Shown in pieces: positions 32,188 to 41,062 of a stretch of 64,000 bases of DNA. Under the pieces are notes generated by a model. That model was not told where the DNA came from. It was given only the letters and a program-made list of their open reading frames with translations, and made no database searches. Position 1 is the first letter of the stretch. Each line of letters starts with the position of its first letter. This DNA is from Terrimesophilobacter sp. (GTDB lineage: Bacteria > Actinomycetota > Actinomycetes > Actinomycetales > Microbacteriaceae), in assembly GCA_039927595.1 (NCBI GenBank), contig JBDSUT010000174.1:217-64216 (forward strand). Direction: 5' to 3'. The position numbers and the translations under genes are program-made.

Positions 32188-33461
32188 GCGCGACAACCCA
32201 TCAACCATTGAGGGCCGCACTAGATATTGCGGAGGTGCGGAGTTGGAAGGTGCCCGTCGCCTTCGGCTTCTTCGCCATTGTTTCGCTCATCGTGTTCGGT
32301 GTGTTCGGCCGAGCCGGTGTCAGCCAGTTCCGTCTCTCACAGGCGACTGACTTCATTCAACTTCCGGACGTATTCCTACCGACCACAACAACCGGGTGGG
32401 TGATTTCGGTCGTGCTCGTGCTCCTCGCGGGGTATTCGGCCTGGCTCGTCCATCAGGCGAAGAAGGTGCCGCTGTGGCTCATCATTGTCTTCGTCGTGCT
32501 GATTCTGGTGGCCTTCCTCACCTGGGTGTCTGCCAACGCGCTCATTCCGGTCCCTGGATTGCTGATCGGGGCGGTGAGTCTGAGTGTTCCGCTCATATTC
32601 GGAGCGATGAGCGGTGTGATCTCTGAGCGAAGCGGTGTCATCAACATTGCGATTGAGGGGCAGCTTCTCGCTGGCGCGTTCATCTCGGCGATGGTGGCAA
32701 CGGCTACAGGCTCGCCCGTTGCTGGACTCGCGGCCGCCATGGTGGCTGGCACGCTCGTGTCATTTGTTCTCGCCGCATTCGCGATCAATTACATCGTCGA
32801 CCAGATCATTGTCGGGGTGGTGTTGAACGTTCTGGTTGCGGGTCTCACCGGCTTCTTTTACTCCAAACTCATGGTGCCGAACCCTGAACTGCTCAATAGC
32901 CCCCCGCGGTTTGATCGCATAGACATTCCGATCCTCGGGCAGATTCCGATTATCGGGCCGGTGTTGTTCAACCAGACAATCATTGTTTACGTCATGTATT
33001 TGACGGTCGCCGCGGTAGCGTTCGCGCTGTTCAAGACTCGGTGGGGGCTGCGCACGCGGTCCGTCGGTGAGCATCCGCAGGCGGCAGACACGGTCGGAAT
33101 CAAGGTCAACAAGATGCGGTTCTGGAACGTCTCGCTCGCAGGCGCGATCGCCGGATTCGGTGGCGCATACTTCACGCTCGGATCAGTGGGTGAGTTCACC
33201 AAGGACATGACCGCTGGGGCCGGGTTTATCGCACTTGCCGCGGTGATCTTTGGGCGCTGGGACCCCATCCGGGCAATGCTGGCTGGCCTGCTGTTTGGGT
33301 TTGCCACGAACCTGCAGAGTGTGCTGGGGATCATTGGTTCGCCGGTGCCCAGCCAGTTCATGCTCATGCTGCCGTACGTCGTGACGATCTTTGCCGTTGC
33401 CGGGCTGGTGGGGCAGTCGAAGCCGCCTGCGGCCGACGGTAAGCCGTACATCAAGTCTTGA
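32184..33461 (+). CDS. Nucleoside ABC transporter permease
   Basis: SERSGVINIAIEG, GEHPQAADTVG, GFIALAAVIFGRW, PYVVT. Confidence 0.92.
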   Translation: MSATTHQPLRAALDIAEVRSWKVPVAFGFFAIVSLIVFGVFGRAGVSQFRLSQATDFIQLPDVFLPTTTTGWVISVVLVLLAGYSAWLVHQAKKVPLWLIIVFVVLILVAFLTWVSANALIPVPGLLIGAVSLSVPLIFGAMSGVISERSGVINIAIEGQLLAGAFISAMVATATGSPVAGLAAAMVAGTLVSFVLAAFAINYIVDQIIVGVVLNVLVAGLTGFFYSKLMVPNPELLNSPPRFDRIDIPILGQIPIIGPVLFNQTIIVYVMYLTVAAVAFALFKTRWGLRTRSVGEHPQAADTVGIKVNKMRFWNVSLAGAIAGFGGAYFTLGSVGEFTKDMTAGAGFIALAAVIFGRWDPIRAMLAGLLFGFATNLQSVLGIIGSPVPSQFMLMLPYVVTIFAVAGLVGQSKPPAADGKPYIKS

Positions 33462-34696
33462 CGACGATCACAAAAAACGGGCCGGTTCGCTCGGTCTCTG
33501 GCGGAGTCTGGGCGGCAATTGCCGTCGTACTTGTCGCACTCAACCTGCGACCCGTGATCGTTGCGGTGTCGCCGGTCTTCGACACGATCAGTAGCGAACT
33601 CGGACTAACTTCGGTGCTCGCGGGGCTTCTCGTGACTCTTCCGGTGCTGTGTTTCGGGGTGCTTGGCCCACTGGCACCACTGTTGGCCGCCAGGATTGGC
33701 TTCGAACGCAGCCTCGCACTCGTGCTTCTGGCCATCATTGCTGGATCGGCTCTGCGGATTATCCCGACCATTCCTGCGCTGTTCGGTGGCACGCTGCTCG
33801 TGGGCGCAGGAATTGCCGTGGGCAACATCCTGCTGCCTGGTCTTATTAAGCGTGACTTCCCACACCGCCTGGGAATCATGTCTGGATTGTTCTCCATGTC
33901 CATGGCGGTGGGCGCAACTCTCGCTGCCGGTTTGACTATCCCCGTCGCGGAGGCTGTCGGCTGGAGCTGGAATGAAGTTCTCGCAGCGTGGGGATTATTC
34001 GCTGTGCTGGGCCTCGCCTGCTGGATCCCTTCGCTCTGGGGCGCCCGAGGTGCTGCCCGGATGCCGCGCACGAGCGGCCTCGCTCTTGGACGTGACCGCG
34101 TGGCCTGGTGGGTGACCATCTTTTTTGGGTTGCAGTCTTTCAACTTCTACTCCACGACCGCCTGGCTACCCACGATTCTGGTCGGTTACGGTTACGATCC
34201 CGTCTTTGCGGGTTTCATGCTTTCTCTCGTGAACTTTGTCAGCATCGTCCCGGCGCTCGTCGTTCCGCTCCTGCTTGAGCGAATCAAGAACCAAGCGGCG
34301 TTTACGATCCTGGTCTCGCTGTGCTATCTCGCCGCGGTGGGCGGATTCTTACTGTTGCCCGGAGTCGCCGTGGTCTGGATGGTGCTGCTGGGCTTGGCGC
34401 AGGGCGCGGGCCTCGGGCTCGGACTCACTTTCATAGTTTTGCGCTCTCCGGATGCGGCGCGCGCCACGAAGCTTTCCGGAATGGCCCAAAGCTGGGGTTA
34501 CCTGTTCGCGGCGGCAGGACCGCTCGCAATGGGGGCGTTGTATGATCTCACCGCCGCGTGGGTCGTCCCGCTCTTGCTGCTGTTTGTGATGCTCGTGCCC
34601 CAAACGATCACGGCATACCTTTCTGGGCGGCCCAACTTTGTCGGGGGAGCGGTGATCCCGGCAGACAATGTACTTATCGACCACAACCACGGTTAG
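33458..34696 (+). CDS. MFS transporter, CynX/NimT-like
   Basis: LVALNLRP, GNILLPGLIKRDFP, FFGLQS, LSGMAQSWGY. Confidence 0.85.
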   Translation: MTTITKNGPVRSVSGGVWAAIAVVLVALNLRPVIVAVSPVFDTISSELGLTSVLAGLLVTLPVLCFGVLGPLAPLLAARIGFERSLALVLLAIIAGSALRIIPTIPALFGGTLLVGAGIAVGNILLPGLIKRDFPHRLGIMSGLFSMSMAVGATLAAGLTIPVAEAVGWSWNEVLAAWGLFAVLGLACWIPSLWGARGAARMPRTSGLALGRDRVAWWVTIFFGLQSFNFYSTTAWLPTILVGYGYDPVFAGFMLSLVNFVSIVPALVVPLLLERIKNQAAFTILVSLCYLAAVGGFLLLPGVAVVWMVLLGLAQGAGLGLGLTFIVLRSPDAARATKLSGMAQSWGYLFAAAGPLAMGALYDLTAAWVVPLLLLFVMLVPQTITAYLSGRPNFVGGAVIPADNVLIDHNHG

Positions 34697-34720
34697 ATGT
34701 AAATGAACGGAAGGGTCACT

Positions 34721-35122
34721 ATGACTGACGTCGATTGGGATGGGCTGCGCGATATCGCGAAAGAGGCGATCACGCACGCGTATGTGCCGTATTCAAAATT
34801 TCCGGTCGGTGTGGCCGCCGTCGTTGATGACGGCCGCGTCATTTCGGGGTGCAATGTTGAGAACGCGTCGTACGGTCTCACGCTGTGCGCGGAGTGCGCG
34901 CTCGTGTCGAGTTTGCATATGACCGGTGGGGGAAAGCTTCTCGCGTTCACGTGCGTCGATGGGCACGGAAACATCCTCATGCCGTGCGGCCGGTGCCGGC
35001 AGCTTTTGTTTGAACACTCTGCCCCGGGGATGCTTCTAGAAACTGTCTCCGGAATCAAGACGATTGACGAGGTCATCCCTGACGCGTTTGGGCCGCGAAC
35101 TTTGGAGGAGTACCGCTCGTGA
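34721..35122 (+). CDS. cdd: Cytidine deaminase
   Basis: YVPYSKFPVG, GCNVENASYGLTLCAEC, PCGRCRQ. Confidence 0.95.
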   Translation: MTDVDWDGLRDIAKEAITHAYVPYSKFPVGVAAVVDDGRVISGCNVENASYGLTLCAECALVSSLHMTGGGKLLAFTCVDGHGNILMPCGRCRQLLFEHSAPGMLLETVSGIKTIDEVIPDAFGPRTLEEYRS

Positions 35123-36441
35123 GTGCACTCGAAAAATTTGACACCGTTGACCTCATCCACGCGAAGCGGGATGGTGCGAAGCTCAGCACCGAACAAGTCT
35201 CATGGATGATTGACGCGTATACCCGCGGGTTCATCGGCGATGAGCAGATGGCGGCGATGGCGATGGCGATCTTCCTCAACGGCATGGACCGAGAGGAGGT
35301 GCGCGACCTCACGCTGGCGATGATCGCTTCTGGAGAGACGCTGAACTTTGATGGGCTGTCAAAAAGAACAGCCGATAAGCACTCCACCGGTGGTGTTGGC
35401 GACAAGATCACGTTGCCTCTTGCGCCCCTCGTTGCCTGCTTCGGAGTTGCTGTTCCGCAGCTTTCTGGCAGGGGACTCGGGCACACGGGCGGCACGCTCG
35501 ACAAACTTGAGAGCATCCCCGGTTGGCAGGCGGATATCAGCATCGAAAAGATGCGCGAACAGCTTGAGTCGGTGGGGGCCGTCGTGTGTGCGGCTGGTGC
35601 GAGCTTGGCGCCGGCAGACAAGAAGCTCTACGCACTTCGCGACATCACCGGTACCGTCGAGTCTATTCCGCTCATCGCCTCCTCAATCATGAGTAAGAAG
35701 ATCGCTGAAGGAACCTCTGCACTCGTGCTTGACGTGAAGTTTGGTTCCGGCGCCTTTATGAAAGACAAAGAAAAAAGCAGGTTGCTGGCCGAAACAATGG
35801 TGGCATTGGGCACAGATGCCGGTGTGACGACGACAGCGTTGCTCACGAATATGAATGTTCCACTGGGACTCACCATTGGCAACGCGAACGAGGTGAGGGA
35901 ATCCGTGGAGGTGCTCGCGGGGGGAGGGCCCGCGGACGTCGTGGAGCTCACGGTCGCACTGGCACGCGAGATGCTGACGTCAGCCGGGCAGCCAGACGCG
36001 GATGTCGAGGCCGCCCTCAAGGACGGCCGTGCCATGGACACGTGGCGCGCCATGATCTCGGCCCAGCACGGTGACCCGGATGCTGCGCTGCCTACTGCGA
36101 AAGAGACGCACGTTGTTAACGCTGAGCGTGACGGCATCCTCGTTGAGCAGCTCGCGCTTCCGTTTGGGGTCGCAGCGTGGCGCCTCGGCGCTGGCCGCGC
36201 GCGTAAGCAGGATCCGGTGCAACACTCCGCCGGGATTGACCTGCATGCGAAGCCGGGCGACGTGGTGAAGAAGGGTCAACCTCTGTTCACGTTGTGCGCC
36301 GACGAGCCTGCCCGATTCGAGCGTGCTCTGGAAGCGCTCCAGGGCGCCTACCGCATTGGTGCAGCCGGGGACGACGTGCATGATGGCGGTCCGCTCATCG
36401 CGGACCGCATCGTCTCATCATCATCGTCTCATCAGCGGTGA
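35119..36441 (+). CDS. deoA: Thymidine/pyrimidine nucleoside phosphorylase
   Basis: DKHSTGGVGDK, SGRGLGHTGGTLDKLESIPG, SIMSKK, DVKFGSGAF. Confidence 0.95.
   Translation: MSALEKFDTVDLIHAKRDGAKLSTEQVSWMIDAYTRGFIGDEQMAAMAMAIFLNGMDREEVRDLTLAMIASGETLNFDGLSKRTADKHSTGGVGDKITLPLAPLVACFGVAVPQLSGRGLGHTGGTLDKLESIPGWQADISIEKMREQLESVGAVVCAAGASLAPADKKLYALRDITGTVESIPLIASSIMSKKIAEGTSALVLDVKFGSGAFMKDKEKSRLLAETMVALGTDAGVTTTALLTNMNVPLGLTIGNANEVRESVEVLAGGGPADVVELTVALAREMLTSAGQPDADVEAALKDGRAMDTWRAMISAQHGDPDAALPTAKETHVVNAERDGILVEQLALPFGVAAWRLGAGRARKQDPVQHSAGIDLHAKPGDVVKKGQPLFTLCADEPARFERALEALQGAYRIGAAGDDVHDGGPLIADRIVSSSSSHQR
36408..36434 (+). repeat. Tandem duplication CATCGTCTCATCA(T) x2 at the deoA 3' end
   Basis: 13-bp unit at 36408-36420 and 36422-36434 (14-bp period), abutting a perfect 9-bp hairpin at 36386-36408. 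Confidence 0.8.
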
Positions 36442-36479
36442 CTTAATAGTCTGAGACCCTCAATGACCCCGCGAGGGGT

Positions 36480-37415
36480 TTAGCCAATCCGCTCAAGAGC
36501 GTCGACTATAAGGCCCCAGAACTTGGGTGCGTCAATGTCGATGGCCGCATGAGTTGTACAGTCTGCCGGGGCCTCGGCGCGGAAGTCCGCAACCGTCATT
36601 CCGAGGGTGAGCGTGCCTGTCAATTCGATATCGATGGGCACGCGAACCACTTTCATCACTGAGGGATCGATGACCAGTGCTACTGCGCATGGATCATGCA
36701 CTGGCGGGTATTCGAACCCTTGGCTTTCTCGATATGTCTCCCCGAAAAATTCGAGCAACTCGAGCACAAACTGGGCGGGTTTCGTTCCAATAGCCGCGAT
36801 CGCTTTGACCACCTCAGGTGTGGCGAGGGCATGGTGTGTGACGTCGATACCCACCATCGTGAGTTTCCACTTTTCATTAAAAACGATGTGAGCGGCTTCG
36901 GGGTCTATCAGGATGTTGAATTCTGCGGCTGCCGTCCAGTTGCCGCCGTGATAGCCACCACCAAGGAGCACAACCTCTTTGACGCGCTCGGCAATGCGAG
37001 GTTCTCTTCGCACCGCGAGGGCAATGTTCGTCAGTGCTCCGGTGGGAACAATAGTGATGGTGCCTGGCTCATTGCTCATCACGGTATCGATGATGAGGTC
37101 TACCGCGTGTCGCGAGTCAAGAGTCAACGTCTGTTCTGGAAGCTCTGGGCCGTCCATTCCTGAGTCACCGTGAATGGCCTCTGCGACCTCTGCGTTTCGC
37201 ACCAGTGGTCGGTGTGCGCCGGCCGCAAAGGGAACACCGGTGATTCCGGCTACCGTCGCGACGGCGAGCGCATTGCGCGTGACCTTCTCAAGCGTTTGAT
37301 TTCCATGCACAGTCGTCACAGCAACAAGGTCGATATCGGGGTTCCCGTGAGCAAGCAGGAGTGCGATAGCGTCATCATGACCTGGGTCGCAGTCGAGGAT
37401 AATCTTCTTAGGCAT
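36480..37415 (-). CDS. IU-NH family nucleoside hydrolase, copy 1
   Basis: DCDPGHDDA, HGDSG, AEFNI, VHDPCAV. ATG 37415 lies 6 nt after a TATGAT -10 box; 311 aa. Confidence 0.95.
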   Translation of the reverse strand: MPKKIILDCDPGHDDAIALLLAHGNPDIDLVAVTTVHGNQTLEKVTRNALAVATVAGITGVPFAAGAHRPLVRNAEVAEAIHGDSGMDGPELPEQTLTLDSRHAVDLIIDTVMSNEPGTITIVPTGALTNIALAVRREPRIAERVKEVVLLGGGYHGGNWTAAAEFNILIDPEAAHIVFNEKWKLTMVGIDVTHHALATPEVVKAIAAIGTKPAQFVLELLEFFGETYRESQGFEYPPVHDPCAVALVIDPSVMKVVRVPIDIELTGTLTLGMTVADFRAEAPADCTTHAAIDIDAPKFWGLIVDALERIG

Positions 37416-37576
37416 CCGGACATCATACGTCGTGGTCAGCCGCACAGGGTTTGCCCGAACGCACGGTGTTGCGGCCGTCGTGAGAACTTTCCGCCAGGGC
37501 CATCTCAGTCATTCAGACTAAGCTGATTTGGTAGCCACGTGAGTTGGGTATCAGAAAAGTTTGGGGGCTTGGTGTC

Positions 37577-38140
37577 GTGAGTGCCACGGAGAATAAAAAT
37601 GTGGTCGTTGGAGCGGATTTCGCAGGATTCCCTCTGAAAGAGGCCGTGAAGAAGCACCTGGAATCCCGGGGCTGGACAGTCACCGATATGACGCCAGAGC
37701 GGGAGAACGTCCCCATGTATCACCGTGTGGGTTTCATGGTGGGGGCCCAAATATCCGAGAAGAAGTTTGAGAAGGCCTTGGTCTTCTGCGGATCTGGCAT
37801 GGGTATTCACATCGCAGCGAGCAAGTGCCCAGGGGTGCACTCCGCGGTCTGTGAAAGTGTTGCCTCTGCGAAACGAGCGTCCACGGCCAACAACGCTAAT
37901 GTGTTGGCGATGGGTGCTTTCTTCACCGCACCGCGGCTAGCCAATGCAATGGCTGAAGCGTTTCTTGAGAACTCCTTGGGGGACGGCTACGAAGACTGGG
38001 ATGGCTTCTACGAGTACCACAAGCTCGGTTTTGACGAGTGCGAGAACTTCGACTACGAGGCCTACAAAGCCAATGGTTTCTCGGTTCTTGACCCTCAGGA
38101 AGTAACCCTCGGCCCAGAACCGCGCGGTTTGGCCTTCTAG
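37577..38140 (+). CDS. RpiB/LacA/LacB family sugar isomerase, divergent
   Basis: GADFAGFPLK, FCGSGMG, NNANVLAMG; start uncertain (37544 or 37577). Confidence 0.85.
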   Translation: MSATENKNVVVGADFAGFPLKEAVKKHLESRGWTVTDMTPERENVPMYHRVGFMVGAQISEKKFEKALVFCGSGMGIHIAASKCPGVHSAVCESVASAKRASTANNANVLAMGAFFTAPRLANAMAEAFLENSLGDGYEDWDGFYEYHKLGFDECENFDYEAYKANGFSVLDPQEVTLGPEPRGLAF

Positions 38141-38185
38141 CAAAACCAGCCCGACGAACGAATCAGAGAGTGCCCACCGTGAAAG

Positions 38186-38974
38186 ATGACTGTGCCCGCG
38201 CCCGCTGAAAGGCTCTCGCTCTTAGCGCGCGAGCTGGGGCGGATGGACCGCGAATGGGCAATCCTGGCGGAAGGCAATTGTTCCCTACTCACCGAAAACC
38301 TCGAGGTTCACGTCAAGGCCAGCGGCGCCGAGATGGCGAACGCGACCCAAGCCGATTTCGTTTCCGTTCCCCATGCCGAACTCCTCGCGCTGATCGATGA
38401 CCCCACTGCCGGTGACGACGAGGTCCGTGAGGTTTTTGACGCGGTGCAAGCTCGCTCTGCTGGCCGACGCCCCTCAGTGGAGGCACTGTTGCACGCGGTT
38501 TGTCTGGATCTGCCAGGCGTTGCCGTCGTCGGCCACACACATCCGATCCCGGTGAACGCCATTCTCTGCTCATCGACACCAGACCTCCTCACCCGAGGTG
38601 CACTGTTCCCGGACCAAATCGTGGTGCTGGGCACTTCTCCTCTTTTAGTCCCGTATGTCGACCCAGGCTTGCGCCTCGCACAGGAGGTGCGCCGCATGCT
38701 TCGCGACCGAGAAACGGGAGTTCCGCGGGTGATTTACCTGCAGAATCACGGAATGTTCGCCCTCGGGCGCCACGAAGCTGAGGTGCTGCAGATCACCGAG
38801 ATGGCCGTCAAGGTCGCCCGCGTTCTTATCGGCGCAGCGAGCATTGGCGGCCCCTCTTTCATGGAGCACGCAGAAGTGGCAAGAATTGACACTCGACCCG
38901 ATGAGTTAATTCGTCGTGCGGTCCTCACCCAATCGGTGGGTAGCGCCACCACCGCGCGGCCCTCCAGCTCATAA
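38186..38974 (+). CDS. Class II aldolase/adducin family protein
   Basis: EGNCS, VKASG, PSVEALLH, HTHP, LFPDQ, LQNHG (metal-binding histidines present). Confidence 0.88.
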   Translation: MTVPAPAERLSLLARELGRMDREWAILAEGNCSLLTENLEVHVKASGAEMANATQADFVSVPHAELLALIDDPTAGDDEVREVFDAVQARSAGRRPSVEALLHAVCLDLPGVAVVGHTHPIPVNAILCSSTPDLLTRGALFPDQIVVLGTSPLLVPYVDPGLRLAQEVRRMLRDRETGVPRVIYLQNHGMFALGRHEAEVLQITEMAVKVARVLIGAASIGGPSFMEHAEVARIDTRPDELIRRAVLTQSVGSATTARPSSS

Positions 38975-39010
38975 TTTTCTCACCACAACTCGATCACCAC
39001 GGACGGAATC

Positions 39011-41062
39011 ATGGGCAACGCCACGACCAATGACCTCATCGCGAGGTCGAATCGGCTCGGTGCCGATCCGAAAAACACCAACTTCGCGGGCGGCAATACG
39101 TCGGCGAAGGGCTTCGAGACGGATCCTGTCACGGGAGAGCCCATCGAGTTGCTGTGGGTTAAAGGCTCTGGTGGAGACCTCGGCACAGTGAACGAAGCGG
39201 GCCTCGCCGTGCTGCGCATGGACCGAGTGCGCGCGCTCGTCAATGTCTATCCGGGCCGTGAACGAGAAGACGACATGGTTGCAGCGTTCGACTATTGTCT
39301 GCACGGCAAAGGAGGTGCTGCGCCCTCGATCGATACCGCGATGCATGGCCTCCTGGATGCGGTGCACGTTGACCATCTGCATCCGGATTCTGGAATCGCG
39401 ATTGCTACCTCGAAAGACGGCGAGAAGCTGACAAAGAAGATTTTTGGCAGCGGCGATTCTGATCAACGTGTGGTGTGGGTGCCGTGGCAACGCCCCGGTT
39501 TTCAGTTGGGCTTAGATATAGCGGCGATAAAGGCGCAGAACCCGGATGCCGTTGGCTGCATTCTTGGCGGCCACGGCATCAACGCGTGGGGTGACACCTC
39601 GGTCGAAACTGAAAAGAACTCATTGTGGATCATCGAAACTGCGCAAGCGTATATTGATGCGCACGGTAAGAGAGATCCGTTGGGTAAGGCCCGCACAAAG
39701 TTTGTGGCGCTTCCCGAGGAGCCACGGCGTGCAAAGGCAGCAGCCATAGCCGCCACCATTCGGGGAATCGCATCTCACGACAATCCAATGGTGGGGCACT
39801 TCTGCGACGACGAGAGGGTGCTTGAGTTTCTTGCTTCAGCACGGGCGCCAAAGCTCGTGGCTCTTGGGACCAGTTGTCCAGACCACTTCCTGCGCACCAA
39901 AATCAAGCCCATGCTTCTCGACCTTCCTTCCGCGGCCCCGGTGGAGAAGGTCATCGCTCGCCTGAAAGAGCTCCACGAGGAGTACCGCGCCGAGTACTCG
40001 GCGTATTACACCAAGCACGCCACAAAAGATTCGCCGGCGATGCGCGGCGCCGATCCTCTCATCGTGCTTGTTCCGGGCGTCGGAATGTTTTCTTACGGTG
40101 CCAACAAGCAGACCGCACGAGTTGCTGGAGAATTTTACCTGAACGCAATTAACGTAATGCGCTGCGCTGAAGCAGTGTCAACCTACACTCCGATCAGCGA
40201 TGCCGAGAAGTTCCGAATCGAATACTGGGCTTTGGAAGAGGCCAAAATTCAACGGATGCCGAAGCCGAAGTCACATCAAGGCCGAATCGCCCTCGTCACC
40301 GGTGCTGCCTCCGGTATTGGTAAAGCCATCGCTACCCGACTGGCCAAGGAAGGTGCCTGTGTCGTCGTCGCAGACCTGGATCTCGCCAAGGCACAGGCCG
40401 CAGCATCCGAACTCGGCGGCAGCGATGTCGCGATCGGTGTTGGGGTGGATGTCGCGGATGCCGGGGCCGTGCAAGCGTGCGTCAATGAGGCAGTGCTCGC
40501 GTTTGGTGGCCTGGACCTCATCGTCAACAACGCTGGCCTTTCGTTATCAAAGCCGCTCTTGGACACCACCGAACACGACTGGGATCTGCAGCACGATGTG
40601 ATGGCGAAAGGCTCGTTTTTCATCTCGAAGGCCGCGGCAACGGTGCTCGTGGAGCAGCAGATGGGCGGAGACATCATTTATATCTCCTCCAAGAACTCTG
40701 TTTTTGCCGGCCCCAACAACATCGCCTACTCCGCTGCCAAGGCGGATCAGGCTCACCAAGTGCGCTTGCTTGCGGTGGAGCTGGGGGAACATGGGGTGCG
40801 TGTCAACGGCATCAACCCTGATGGAGTTGTGCGGGGCTCGGGAATCTTCGCTAGCGGGTGGGGCGCGAACCGAGCTAAAACTTACGGGGTTAAAGAAGAA
40901 GATCTCGGGCAGTTCTACGCCGACCGCACGATTCTTAAGCGCGAAGTTATACCGGAGAACGTGGCGGATGCCGTCTACGTTCTCACTGGTCCCGAACTTT
41001 CGCGCACCACTGGTTTGCACATTCCCGTCGACTCCGGCGTCGCTGCCGCATTCCTCAGATGA
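39011..41062 (+). CDS. Bifunctional rhamnulose-1-phosphate-type aldolase / SDR dehydrogenase (RhaEW/YuxG-like)
   Basis: GGNTSAK, VKGSGGDL, PSIDT, HLHPD, CPDHFLRTK, IEYWALEEAK, then SDR TGAASGIG, NNAG, YSAAK. Confidence 0.93.
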   Translation: MGNATTNDLIARSNRLGADPKNTNFAGGNTSAKGFETDPVTGEPIELLWVKGSGGDLGTVNEAGLAVLRMDRVRALVNVYPGREREDDMVAAFDYCLHGKGGAAPSIDTAMHGLLDAVHVDHLHPDSGIAIATSKDGEKLTKKIFGSGDSDQRVVWVPWQRPGFQLGLDIAAIKAQNPDAVGCILGGHGINAWGDTSVETEKNSLWIIETAQAYIDAHGKRDPLGKARTKFVALPEEPRRAKAAAIAATIRGIASHDNPMVGHFCDDERVLEFLASARAPKLVALGTSCPDHFLRTKIKPMLLDLPSAAPVEKVIARLKELHEEYRAEYSAYYTKHATKDSPAMRGADPLIVLVPGVGMFSYGANKQTARVAGEFYLNAINVMRCAEAVSTYTPISDAEKFRIEYWALEEAKIQRMPKPKSHQGRIALVTGAASGIGKAIATRLAKEGACVVVADLDLAKAQAAASELGGSDVAIGVGVDVADAGAVQACVNEAVLAFGGLDLIVNNAGLSLSKPLLDTTEHDWDLQHDVMAKGSFFISKAAATVLVEQQMGGDIIYISSKNSVFAGPNNIAYSAAKADQAHQVRLLAVELGEHGVRVNGINPDGVVRGSGIFASGWGANRAKTYGVKEEDLGQFYADRTILKREVIPENVADAVYVLTGPELSRTTGLHIPVDSGVAAAFLR

